From NCBI RefSeq assembly GCF_001194135.2, contig NC_068995.1, forward strand, positions 51,774,820-51,822,401: a stretch of 47,582 nucleotides of DNA, read 5' to 3'. The stretch's first letter is position 1. Every line of letters begins with the position of its first letter. The notes below the pieces were generated by a model. The model was not told where the DNA came from. It did not search any database and saw only the letters and a list, made by a program, of their open reading frames with translations. Source of the stretch: Octopus bimaculoides (Eukaryota). A program made the position numbers and the translations under genes. This document shows positions 12,649 to 24,882 of the stretch, piece after piece.

Positions 12649-12905
12649 TACCTCCGCCTTAACGAAGGTGGAGGTATTGTTTGCAGTCATGTTTGTTCGT
12701 TTGTTTGTCCGTGGACATGATATCTCAAGACCCGCTGGATGGATTCGGATGAAACATTCAGGGATGTTTAATCTCGTGACTGGCACGAATTGATTAGATT
12801 CTGGGATCAATCCGGTACCGGGCAAGGATTCTGGATTATTTTACCTGTTTTTTTGCTTTTTTTACTTCAATTTTGAGAGCGGTCGGGTTCATTTTTAGTA
12901 TTCTC
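12649..12905 (+). mobile_element. DINE-1/HINE-like non-autonomous Helentron-type element (tentative)
   Basis: Begins with a 12-bp hairpin TACCTCCGCCTT-AACG-AAGGTGGAGGTA (12649-12676), followed by a short GTTT/GTCC microsatellite and GATATCTCAAG...GGATGGATTCGGATGAAA. This is the usual layout of the class. The 3' boundary is uncertain. Confidence 0.5.
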
Positions 12906-13406
12906 ATTATCATTTTTAATATTTCAGTTGCATACTGTTTCTATATTTACAACGCCACGCAGTATCTCAATATTCTTTCGCCATAACACTCTCCCTCATT
13001 CCCTTATACCCTCTCTCAGCCTCTTTCTCTCTCTATCCTCCCCCTCTCTCTCTTTTACCATCATAGTCCTTCAATCATTGAGTCACATTTTTACTTCAGT
13101 ATTCTTTGTTTAGTTACACCCAGACACATGCAGAGAAACATAAACAGTCACGTTATTTGTGGCTACAAGTGTGAATATATGTGTGTACACGAGTACGCTG
13201 GGCACATGCAGACCGACATACGCACAGTCACTTATACATATACATATACATATATATGTACATAGTCATCGATAAATCATCACAGTTTTCTTTTCGTCAG
13301 AATGCCTTATCATTCATGCACACATTTGCTAGCTTAACCTCCATTTCCACCCCTGCACTACATGAAAATATAGCGCCTCTATGCACACTCACTTACGAGT
13401 GTAACA

Positions 13407-13437
<31 letters not shown>

Positions 13438-13605
13438 ATGTATGTGTGTGTGCGTGTGCGCGGGCACGTTTATTCTTCCAGCTAGCATGTCCATTAACCG
13501 TCTGATAAGGTTGATAGTGAAAGGTCAAGCAATTACGTCTATCGTTGTAATGTGTGGTATACACGGATATTTACACATTCACACGCACACACAAACAAAC
13601 ACACA

Positions 13606-13659
<54 letters not shown>

Positions 13660-14198
13660 NNNNNNNNNNNNNNNNNNNNNNNNNNNNNNNNNNNNNNNNN
13701 NNNNNNNNNNNNNNNNNNNNNNNNNNNNNNNNNNNNNNNNNNNNNNNNNNNNNNNNNNNNNNNNNNNNNNNNNNNNNNNNNNNNNNNNNNNNNNNNNNNN
13801 NNNNNNNNNNNNNNNNNNNNNNNNNNNNNNNNNNNNNNNNNNNNNNNNNNNNNNNNNNNNNNNNNNNNNNNNNNNNNNNNNNNNNNNNNNNNNNNNNNNN
13901 NNNNNNNNNNNNNNNNNNNNNNNNNNNNNNNNNNNNNNNNNNNNNNNNNNNNNNNNNNNATATATATATATATATATACATATGTACATATATATGTACA
14001 TATATATACATATATATGTATATTTGTATGTATGTATGTATACAGAGAGAGAGAGAGATGAAGAGATAGTGACACTCATCGTTTGCTAACATTAGATTTC
14101 TATTGGCTTTATCATTTTACACGTGCACTCAGGAGCACAAAAGCATCCACAATGGAATGAAAGATTTATACACAAGCATATACATAGAGATGTGTGTA

Positions 14199-14252
<54 letters not shown>

Positions 14253-14315
14253 CAAATACATAAAGAAAGAGACAGAGACACACATATATACAAACATATG
14301 TACACACAGAAACAC

Positions 14316-14390
<75 letters not shown>

Positions 14391-17300
14391 TGTGTGTGTA
14401 TGAAGACGTGTACGCATACATAAACAGCACACCACGAACAGACGCTTCCATATGCTCTCGTCCATCATCCAAAGTTAAAACAGACATGTTTTATCGCATA
14501 TATTTATCCAACTCAAATCTCATTAGTTAATGCTTTTTTTTCTTGTGTTGCCATTTCATTCCGAATTCCTTTACATCATAAAACAACAACGTCCAATTCT
14601 ATTCGTACAACGAAACATGAAGATTATGGAAGCAAGACAATACAAAGTTTCCAGGCAGATTTCTAATCAACCATGTATCACTTTAATGTACACAATGCTG
14701 TATATTTGATTCATGGCCGAAATGTGTTCGTATAAAAGCTGCTCCTATATTATTCTATTAAGCATCGGAGTACATTTTGCGAGTTCTTAATTCTTAAATT
14801 GCTGTTTCTATTCTTTTCGGTGTTTTTTCTTTGTTATTTGTTATTGATTTCTGTAGTCGTCTCGTACAAGCATTCATATAGACGCATATGTACGTACACA
14901 GACACACACACACACACACACACACATACATACACGCATACACACACGTACACACACAAACACTCACCTCACTGTTGCCCTCACCAGCACTACAAACTCT
15001 TATACNNNNNNNNNNCAAACACTCACCTCACTGTTGCCCTCACCAGCACTACAAACTCTTATACTTAAGCGCACTCGCGCACACACGACACAAATCACTA
15101 CCACCACCACCACCACCACCACCACCACCACCATACTTGCTTGTGCACGCGCACGCGCATAAAAACACACGTACATCTAAAGAAACACATCCAACCAATG
15201 AAAATGTATCTTTACGAGGTCCAGGGTTTGCTAGAAATAGCAACTTAAACCACCGCACAACAGGTTATGTGTACAAGAATTGCTTGCATACCGTAATCCA
15301 AGATACATTTCATGTGTTTCAGGTGGGTTTCAGATGGATTGCTATCGAAAGGGTTAATGTCGAGCCCTTTCTTTACATATATCCTTGCCATTGAAGTTCA
15401 TGCTTCTTCGTGTTAGTTTGGTGTCTCTTGGATTTTGTTATTGTCACATAGACATCGTTGTTTTTGATACATAGATATGTAATTACACGTCCAGGATCAT
15501 ATGAAGTCTTGCTTGATTAAATCTCTCAAATAAACTTATTTATGTCTGTCTAACTCACAAAGCCGTGAATCAGAGTGCCGAGAACGATATCCTGGATAGT
15601 TAAAACTACGTTTTTGTGCTTCAGGTTATGGTTGTGAAAAGCACAGCATGGAAGGTTTCCAAAGCTTGTGTGGACTGTTCGTAGTCGTCTGGTGATGTTA
15701 CCTTTTAAGAGAAGATAAGCCTAATAATACGTACTATAAAGATAGGTGACGGGTGAAAGTGTTTTGTAACTACTTCCACCAGATATATTATTCTAAATAG
15801 GTTTTCTTTCTACTACGAGTGGAAATTGAGCAAGAACATTTTCGTTTTTATTATGCTGGCAATGAGTTCAATCATCTCATAAATGCGAACAAATACATCA
15901 GAAAGGGTTTATAAGTTAGATTTAATTAAGATACAACATCATTCTCGTCACTATATTGCCACTTACAATTCATGGCCATAGATTTATTGTTTTATGTTTT
16001 TCGATTGACGTTTGTTGTACAGTTCTTCATCATACATGGAATGTCTAGAACGGTGAATCGCGAAGCAGATAAAGCTATGAATAATAGTGTGTAAAATAAT
16101 GAGTTAATAAAAACCCTTTGGATTGAAAATATCGAAGGCTGCCCGTGGATCACCATAATACCTTTATTGTATTGCGTACGTATTAATTATCATCTACTAG
16201 TATTTTATTTTTTGTTTGTTTTGTGGTCTTAACCTCAAGTTAATCCTAATTTTGCAGACATATGATGAAACGCGTTCCAACCACGATCATCTCTTTGATT
16301 TTAGAAATTAGAATTTATGTTTATAGGCCTACATAATTAAAATAGCTGGTATTTTTAAGCTACTGCTTAAAAGTTCACTCGTTGATCAAAGTCCTTTTCA
16401 CCATTTCATATTTCGTATGTGAATTTATAAAAAGCCCTACGGAAGCCTCCACTTCACCTCCACACTTTCTACTATTTTTCATTAGTAACACATGCATAAC
16501 ACAGTTGCTCGTAGCTATTCTGCGCTTTCTTATTGTAGTCGACAATTTCATCTTTTCCTGTCCTTGTAATGTTTCAATCTTTGGTTAATTTAAAATTTAT
16601 AACTTATGCAATCATACGCTGAGGTAATTTAAACAGCATTAAAACGAACATGAAACGGAAACAGTTTATGATTATAAGGTCAAGAAGTTGCAGTTGTTTG
16701 AAATACAGAAGAACACAGTATGACCGAAAATAATTTGCTAGTGTCGTTGGGAACGGCTTCCGAATTGCAGTTAATTTTCTCTTACTTCATGTAATGACAA
16801 ATACATAATATATACATACATACATCATATATACATACATACAGATATATATATATANNNNNNNNNNNNNNNNNNNNNNNNNNNNNNNNNNNNNNNNNNN
16901 NNNNNNNNNNNNNNNNNNNNNNNNNNNNNNNNNNNNNNNNNNNNNNNNNNNNNNNNNNNNNNNNNNNNNNNNNNNNNNNNNNNNNNNNNNNNNNNNNNNN
17001 NNNNNNNNNNNNNNNNNNNNNNNNNNNNNNNNNNNNNNNNNNNNNNNNNNNNNNNNNNNNNNNNNNNNNNNNNNNNNNNNNNNNNNNNNNNNNNNNNNNN
17101 NNNNNNNNNNNNNNNNNNNNNNNNNNNNNNNNNNNNNNNNNNNNNNNNNNNNNNNNNNNNNNNNNNNNNNNNNNNNNNNNNNNNNNNNNNNNNNNNNNNN
17201 NNNNNNNNNNNNNNNNNNNNNNNNNNNNNNNNNNNNNNNNNNNNNNNNNNNNNNNNNNNNNNNNNNNNNNNNNNNNNNNNNNNNNNNNNNNNNNNNNNNN

Positions 17301-17448
17301 NNNNNNNNNNNNNNNNNNNNNNNNNNNNNNNNNNNNNNNNNNNNNNNNNNNNNNNNNNNNNNNNNNNNNNNATATATATATATATATATATATATATAGG
17401 ATGGACTTGTATATGTATGCATATATGTATGTATGTATGTATGTATTT

Positions 17449-17656
17449 GTGTGTCTGTGTTTGTCCGGCCCCACCATCGCTTGACAACCGATGTTGATGT
17501 ATTTACCTCCCACTAATCTTGCGGTTCCACAAGAGACCGATAGGATAAGTACTAGGGTTCCAAAGAATAAATCCTGGGGTCGATTAGTTCGACTAAAGGT
17601 AGTGCTCCAGCATGGCTGCAGTCAAGTGACTGAAACAAGTAAACGAATAAACGAAT
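17449..17656 (+). mobile_element. SINE family B, 3' half
   Basis: GTGTCTGTGTTTGTCC..CCACCATCGCTTGACAACCGATG ... GGTAGTGCTCCAGCATGGCTGCAGTC...GACTGAAACAAGTAAA. Homologs at 4685-4795, 18621, 27744, 28711(-), 29197(-) and 35505. Linking it to the family B head is inference. Confidence 0.8.
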
Positions 17657-18133
17657 ATATATAGAGGAATAAGAGACGTCTATTAGATAACATGAGAATT
17701 CTCAACAATGATATCTGATTTTTAAGAAATATGGCTGCTATATCTAGCAAGTCGTATGACCAACGATAAGCACATTACTTTGGACTGAGAACATTTAATT
17801 TTTAAATAATGGCGTGAGAAAATATATCATAATACAATAAACGATAAAATATGCTTCTACGTGATTAAAACGGTCGGTGATTTAACTAAATTTGATTTCA
17901 TTTGAAGACCCATTCAGAATGATGGGTTCCAGAACACTTGCTCCGTTATTATGTTATTCTATTATTCTTTCCATTGTTCTATAAATCTTTTATTCGGTCG
18001 TCTTTCATATATTTCGAATCGTTTAGTTACGGCTCAAAGCGTCCGTGTGGCATTTAATACCGATAGTCTGTTGAGATTATGTCTCAGTCACTACCATTAT
18101 CGATATGGATTTATTTAGATAGCTTTCAGCTCG

Positions 18134-18168
<35 letters not shown>

Positions 18169-18555
18169 NNNNNNNNNNNNNNNNNNNNNNNNNNNNNNNN
18201 NNNNNNNNNNNNNNNNNNNNNNNNNNNNNNNNNNNNNNNNNNNNNNNNNNNNNNNNNNNNNNNNNNNNNNNNNNNNNNNNNNNNNNNNNNNNNNNNNNNN
18301 NNNNNNNNNNNNNNNNNNNNNNNNNNNNNNNNNNNNNNNNNNNNNNNNNNNNNNNNNNNNNNNNNNNNNNNNNNNNNNNNNNNNNNNNNNNNNNNNNNNN
18401 NNNNNNNNNNNNNNNNNNNNNNNNNNNNNNNNNNNNNNNNNNNNNNNNNNNNNNNNNNNNNNNNNNNNNNNNNNNNNNNNNNNNNNNNNNNNNNNNNNNN
18501 NNNNNNNNNNNNNNNNNNNNNNNNNNNNNNNNNNNNNNNNNNNNNNNNNNNNNNN

Positions 18556-18609
<54 letters not shown>

Positions 18610-18620
18610 TGTGTGTTTGT

Positions 18621-18676
18621 GTGTCTGTGTTTGTCCCCCCACCATCACTTGACAACCGATGCTGGTGTGTTTACGT
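18621..18676 (+). mobile_element. SINE family B, 3'-half fragment
   Basis: Near-identical to 17451-17500. Confidence 0.8.
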
Positions 18677-19087
18677 AACCAATGATGAGGTCCTGCATCG
18701 TGATTCGATACACAGCCCATGCAGTTTGTTCTGACTGTCATGTTTATGTGAGTCTCAATGCAGCCACAACAGACGCAGCTCTACCAACACAGAATGAAGC
18801 ACGTCTAAACGCGAGCAGGTCCATGGTCTCCGGAAACGAACTAAAACCAGTAGAGACATACAATCGTACATTTGTATATGTACTGGATCAAAAGGCATAA
18901 GTATAGGCACACATGGTGGCTTAAACACGGAAGCAAAATGTAAAAAGGGACTGCACATCTGCCTATTGGTCTACCTCACCTTTTATATAGATATACATGT
19001 AGATATAGATACAAATAAAATGATACATACATACATACTAGCAAACATGTATAACATAAACACATGCATGTATGTATGTATGTAAAG

Positions 19088-19089
19088 AC

Positions 19090-19126
<37 letters not shown>

Positions 19127-19131
19127 CAGAC

Positions 19132-19186
<55 letters not shown>

Positions 19187-19187
19187 C

Positions 19188-19226
<39 letters not shown>

Positions 19227-19247
19227 CAGATAGATAGATAGATAGAT
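19088..19247. repeat. (GATA)n microsatellite
   Basis: Directly visible, with occasional GACA units. Confidence 0.98.
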
Positions 19248-19371
19248 GTAGGTCACTTCTACGCATTACAGATAATTGTGGTTGAACGAAACATAATGCA
19301 TTGTGAAGTCACTATACAGATCAATAGATATTCAATATGACTTAAAATAGTCTTAAATGCCCATTCATTTA

Positions 19372-19467
<96 letters not shown>

Positions 19468-19877
19468 TGCGTATGTATATATGTTGTATGAATCGCGCTT
19501 GATTATGAGTGTGGTTGTGTATATATTTTCCCTCGCAATATTTAGTAAATCTGTTTTTGTTTAATGTTTAGCCCTCAAGCAAGCATTGACCAAAAATGTT
19601 GCAGCTCTCATTTTCTGTTTCAAATCTCATGTGTATGCAGGGTTAACCACTGTAGCCTTCATTTTCCCCTTTTTTAATATGCTAGGATTTTTAACATTTT
19701 GATGCATATATTCGTTTTAGTCATTGGATTACGTCCATACTAGAGCACCGTGTTCAAGTGTTGTTCTAGTCGATCTTATATACATACTGTGAAAATAATA
19801 AGGGTGGAAAATGTAGAGAAATTTCCTTACCGGCTGCTAGCATGCGCAATAAAGTCAATAGGCAACATATTTTCGTA

Positions 19878-20056
19878 TATAATAGTGTATAAACAATTTA
19901 CGTATTTATACACGAAGGGGGTGATCTTCGACAGGACACCTCACATGCTAGAAAGGGCAATCAAAGGCACTGACTGCCGTTTCTAGCATGTGAGGTGTCC
20001 TGTCGAAGGTCACCTCTTTCGTGTATAAACACTCAAATTGTTTGTACATTATTATA
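19878..20056. repeat. 179-bp inverted repeat (86-bp arms, 7-nt loop), MITE-like or hairpin-RNA locus
   Basis: Arms 19878-19963 and 19971-20056 are reverse complements with 10 mismatches and no indels. A 29-bp perfect core reads CTTCGACAGGACACCTCACATGCTAGAAA. Confidence 0.93.
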
Positions 20057-20087
20057 CGTATGTGTGTGTGTCTATGCATGCACGTAG

Positions 20088-20153
<66 letters not shown>

Positions 20154-20176
20154 GTCTATCTATCTATCTATCTATC

Positions 20177-20208
<32 letters not shown>

Positions 20209-20435
20209 NNNNNNNNNNNNNNNNNNNNNNNNNNNNNNNNNNNNNNNNNNNNNNNNNNNNNNNNNNNNNNNNNNNNNNNNNNNNNNNNNNNNNNNNNNNN
20301 NNNNNNNNNNNNNNNNNNNNNNNNNNNNNNNNNNNNNNNNNNNNNNNNNNNNNNNNNNNNNNNNNNNNNNNNNNNNNNNNNNNNNNNNNNNNNNNNNNNN
20401 NNNNNNNNNNNNNNNNNNNNNNNNNNNNNNNNNNN

Positions 20436-20504
<69 letters not shown>

Positions 20505-20640
20505 ACAACTGTATGTGTGTTTCCAGAGTCGTTTTGAACCTCAATACGAAATGCACTTTCCGAACTGAAAAGTTGCAAAGAATTAAAGGATTAACATGAA
20601 AGTAAGGAATAATCACCACTTTCGGTTTTACGTACTCTCC

Positions 20641-20745
20641 TTACTCTCCCTCTCCTTACTCTCCCTCTCCTTACTCTCCCTCTCCTTACTCTCCCTCTCC
20701 TTACTCTCCCTCTCCTTACTCTCCCTCTCCTTACTCTCCCTCTCC
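20641..20745. repeat. 15-bp minisatellite TTACTCTCCCTCTCC x7
   Basis: Seven perfect units are directly visible. Confidence 0.97.
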
Positions 20746-21578
20746 TTCCCCCTCTCTCTTTCTCTTTCTCTCTCTCACTTTCTCTTACATTTGTGTCTGT
20801 GTATGTGTGTCTGCATATGTATTTGTTAATGCATGTGTGACGTATTTGTCACCAGTGTTTCGATGTAATATACATTAATCAGTCTACCACCATTATATCG
20901 CAAGGATTTAATCGCAAAATCTAGTACGAAACGAAAAAGATCTTAAGTGTATATATATAAGTGTATATATATAAGTGTATATATATAAGTGTATATATAT
21001 ATGTGTGTGTGTATGCAAGTGTGAGTGTGCATTTTTATGTGTTGTGTGTGCGTGTGTATTAAGCGACCACTTTTCGTTTCTTTTTAGAAAAAAAGCTTAA
21101 GCAAGGCTTAAAACCATTCAGTCACAGATGTAGTCAGTGAAAAATTCAACTGATGCAGATCTATACCTAACAAACTGATTGATAAACACCTGTGCACAAA
21201 AAAATCGATATTAAAACATTAATATATCTATATTTATATCTACAAGCATACATGCGTACATACATACATACGTACATACATGCATACATACATACATATG
21301 TATGTATGTAGGTATATACATCATTTTGTCTATTGTTGTATAGGGTACAATACTTGTCTCTCATGTTAGAAACACTTCGCCTAAAGCTGTCTTCTTTTAA
21401 ACTTCGATAGGATATGATTCGCCGAATCGATGATAATCTAAATCAAGAGGTGTCACCTTGCATTGCCATATGTGACGACGAGTCACCGTCCACGTAGTCC
21501 GTTGAACTTCTTCTTGTTCTTCTTGTTCTTCTTGTTCTTGTTCTTGTTCTTGTTGTTCTTGTTGTTGTTGTTGTTGTT

Positions 21579-21610
<32 letters not shown>

Positions 21611-21950
21611 GTTGATGATGATGCTGTTGCTACTACTACTACCACTTCTTCTTCCTCTTCGTCTTCTCCTCTTCCTTTTTCCCTTCTTCCTCTCAAACAC
21701 CTGCTTCATTTTACGTTCTATTGGAGACACAGGCAACATTTTTTCTTCGAGAAACGGGCCGCATGAAGTAAATTTTCGTTCAACGTTCCATTCAGTATTT
21801 CCTTCGAACCGGAGTTTGCAACCCCAACGACTGCTCCACAGTTTTAAAGAAAGGAAAAGACACAGTAAACAATGCAGCGGTAGATACACTCATAAAGACT
21901 GGATTGACACGGTTGGAATGCCGTTGATAAAACGTGTGTTGAATCAAAAC

Positions 21951-22457
21951 CAGTAGTTCCCAACCATTTTTTACCTACGGACCTCTTGGATCCTCATTTT
22001 ACTCCACAAGACCTCAGCAACAATTCGATGTTTAAAAAAACATATTTTCTATAAATAAATATTATAAGAAATTGTTTCGTTTTGGGATTTGGTTTGCAAG
22101 GTTCTTTATGTTAGTTCGTGTGTTGAAGCATATTCTGTTGTGTCTGGGGAGAGTCATTCTCTTTTAGTGCCTTATAATTTAACACACTCACCGGTAAAAT
22201 TTCCACTCGTTTCCATCTTTATTTTTCTAAAATTTTCGTTGCGGCTTACAACCTTTTCAATAGTTTGAAAAGGTTGCAAAATGCAACGAAGTGTGTTACA
22301 TTACAAGGCGCCAAAAGAGAATGACTCTCCCCAGACACAACAGAATAAGAAATTGTGTTAAAAATAATTAACCAATTTATTGTACATAAATTTTAACGAC
22401 TAAATTTTACATGGATCACCCATCAAGATTCAAGTGGACCCTGCTCAAAGACCACTG
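21951..22457. mobile_element. hAT-like non-autonomous DNA transposon (MITE) carrying a nested insertion
   Basis: Left end CAGTAGTTCCCAACC is Charlie/hAT-like. Right end ...GACCACTG matches the left at 6 of the first 7 positions but poorly beyond. The 8-bp flanks ATCAAAAC and ACCAAGAC match at 6/8, the target-site duplication length expected for hAT. Confidence 0.5.
22076..22344. mobile_element. Fold-back insertion flanked by a 12-bp direct repeat
   Basis: ATAAGAAATTGT at 22064-22075 and 22345-22356. Inverted arms 22131-22188/22290-22347 (54/58 match) and 22235-22260/22265-22290 (22/26 match). Confidence 0.8.
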
Positions 22458-22740
22458 ACCAAGACTAATCTACACCTAAGCAACACCAACCGATGCAGCA
22501 GGAAGAACAACAAGATGAACAACCGCACTGCAAGAGACATTCTGTCCAATTTTGCCAAAACTCCAACAATTCCTAACATAAAAATGAAACAACATTAATT
22601 CCAGTTTTGTGTTGTATAAACACAAATTCATTTCTGCTATAATTTAATCTCGTGGTTTATCTCAGATCGAAGAAACTTACAACCAAAGACCTCCAAGCTG
22701 TGACCATCCTGGGTTTTTCTTTTCCAAGCATAGACACAAA

Positions 22741-22833
22741 TGTGGCTGTGTCGTACGGAGTTTCCTTCCCAACCACACGGTTCTGGGTTCAGTCCCACTG
22801 TGTGGCACCTTGGGTCATTGACTTCCGCTATAG
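22741..22833 (+). mobile_element. SINE family B head
   Basis: TGGCTGTGTCGTA...GGGTTCAGTCCCACTGTGTGGCACCTTGGG, homologous to 1092-1175. Confidence 0.8.
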
Positions 22834-23486
22834 ATTTTTTGATAACTAGAAATGAAAAAAAAACTGTTGTATGTAAATAAACGGTAAGCATTTTCTCCGA
22901 CGTAGACTGACGATTCTGCCTTAAATACTAACTTAATAATAGTTTCAAATTAATCATTGGTATGCCGGACAAGGTACTAAACGACATTTCGTCCGGCATA
23001 CTAACGATTCTGCCAGCTTACCCCCTTAAATACTGGCTTAATGAGAATAAATAATTTTACTAAATAATTCATTATCAAAATTTCACAGAAATTAAGGCAA
23101 TGTATTCTAACAAACATATGTTCCGAGTGATATTTCGCTCCCAATTTTAACCAGATTCTAACATAGAGAGGCCCCCATTGGCTACTATTTTTAGCAGATT
23201 CAGCGATCATTTAAAAATTCTATCATCCGCTCCTCAACAGATTCCTATTGATATTAACCTCTTTTACGACAACAAGGTTTTGCTGGAAACCTAGGCAGAC
23301 ATTCTTTAGTAATTACTCTACTTTTTAATTAAACACACTGAAGTAAATTCTGCCTTGCGGTCCAGATGGATATCATATCACCGTATCTTCTTCTCCAGCG
23401 TTTCTGCTACCATCATTCGCTAACTGTTACTCGTTTACTATGTCTCTGTGTGTCTCTGTCTCTACCTCAGTCTCTATCTCTCTCTC

Positions 23487-23567
<81 letters not shown>

Positions 23568-23614
23568 CGCTCTCATTCGCTTTCACCCTTTCTGCACACA
23601 CACANNNNNNNNNN

Positions 23615-23748
23615 TTCTTTCTGTTGAAGAGCGTAGCTCGAAACGTCAAAGACTTTCCGTATTCCCGAGCGTCATACTAATACATCCTTTTGTTATTTAC
23701 ACCACCTGTCCTCGTCTGTTGTTTTTTCGTATATTCTCCCATATATAT
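23615..23748 (+). mobile_element. Penelope-like element terminal (pseudo-LTR/UTR) fragment (tentative)
   Basis: Carries a minimal type I hammerhead-like motif of the kind established for Penelope-like elements, followed by a T-rich tail ending in a TA run. No ORF is visible and the 5' part is lost in the 10-N gap. Confidence 0.5.
23616..23652 (+). ncRNA. Minimal type I hammerhead ribozyme-like motif (A6U core variant)
   Basis: Helix I UCUUU(23616-20)/AAAGA(23648-52); core CUGUUGA plus one extra A; helix II GAGC-GUA-GCUC; GAAA; palindromic ACGU as helix III; predicted cleavage after GUC (C23647). Confidence 0.6.
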
Positions 23749-24049
23749 GCGTGTGTAGACATTGCAAATAAGCATTAAGCATTTTCTAGATTATTCTAAC
23801 ATAACGGACCAGGTTGTAATTCTCGGAAAGTGCACTTTCGTTTGATTTAATTATTAATATAGTTTAATTTCAATCTTCCATTATTCAACAGCTTCTTTCA
23901 GTAGTCTCGCAGTCCTCTGTACTTTTAGAAGATATAGCAATCTTAAAATAATAATGTTAGAATTACAGGAAAGTGCTAAACCGACACCAGTAGAATTATT
24001 TAAACATTTAATCTATCTGTCTGTCTGTCTGCCTATCAGTCTGTCTATC

Positions 24050-24120
<71 letters not shown>

Positions 24121-24837
24121 CTGTCTGTATGTCTATTTGTCTGTTTGTTTGCCTGTCGGTTTATCTGTCTATCTAACTATTTCGATGTATACATGTCAAT
24201 TTATCTCTCAATATGCATACACGCATACACATATATACACATACATACAATCATACATTCGTACATACATGCATGCATAAATAAATACATACATACATAC
24301 ATACATACATACATACATACATACATACATAAGTATGTACATACATACATACATACATGCAACACGCAAGCACATACATGTTCTAAGACTGAATGGCATT
24401 GAAAATGTCTACCCTACTCGTATGTGCATTAATATTTATTCCCACCCCGTACCGTCCTTTCTTACCCCCATCCTCCCCCATCTCTCCTTCTCCCCCTCCC
24501 CCCACTCTCAATCTATATTCAATGTTGTTGTTTAATTGACTGCTCTACAGGCTGTTTGTTTACGGATTTGTATGTAATCGTTTCCAATACCAATAATATA
24601 AAGCGCTGCCACCGATGTGGAGAGGAAAGTGGCAGATGGTGGAGAGACTTGACGAAGGCGATGATGGTGATGGCGGAAGAGGAGGAGAAGGAGGAGGAGA
24701 GGAAGGGAACCACGAGATGATGACGACGATGGCGAAAGAGAAGAATAGAAGAAGTGGCAAAGCCATTCAGTGATGCAACAAGTTCAACATCTGGCATCTG
24801 TCCGTTTCTATGTGTGGTGATATGGGATATTATGAAG

Positions 24838-24882
<45 letters not shown>

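Noticed and set aside
18682-18734. C/D snoRNA-like ATGATGA...CTGA
   Set aside because: Only 53 nt, no terminal stem, no C'/D' boxes.
21612-21956. 114-aa ORF with a signal-peptide-like start and dibasic sites (neuropeptide-precursor look)
   Set aside because: The hydrophobic start is a translated triplet microsatellite, the C-terminal part overlaps a family D-like repeat, and the stop codon comes from the hAT-like terminus.
22226-22264. Second hammerhead-like motif on the minus strand of the fold-back (CUAUUGA-AAAG-GUUGU/GCAAC-GAAA)
   Set aside because: Two core substitutions, four extra bases before helix II and no convincing helix I. Worth rechecking only on a family consensus.
24560-24766. 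68-aa minus-strand ORF MALPLLLFFSF... with a Pro/Ser-rich middle
   Set aside because: Derived from degenerate GGA/GAT triplets, short, weak start context, no homology recognised. Only RNA or ribosome evidence could revive it.
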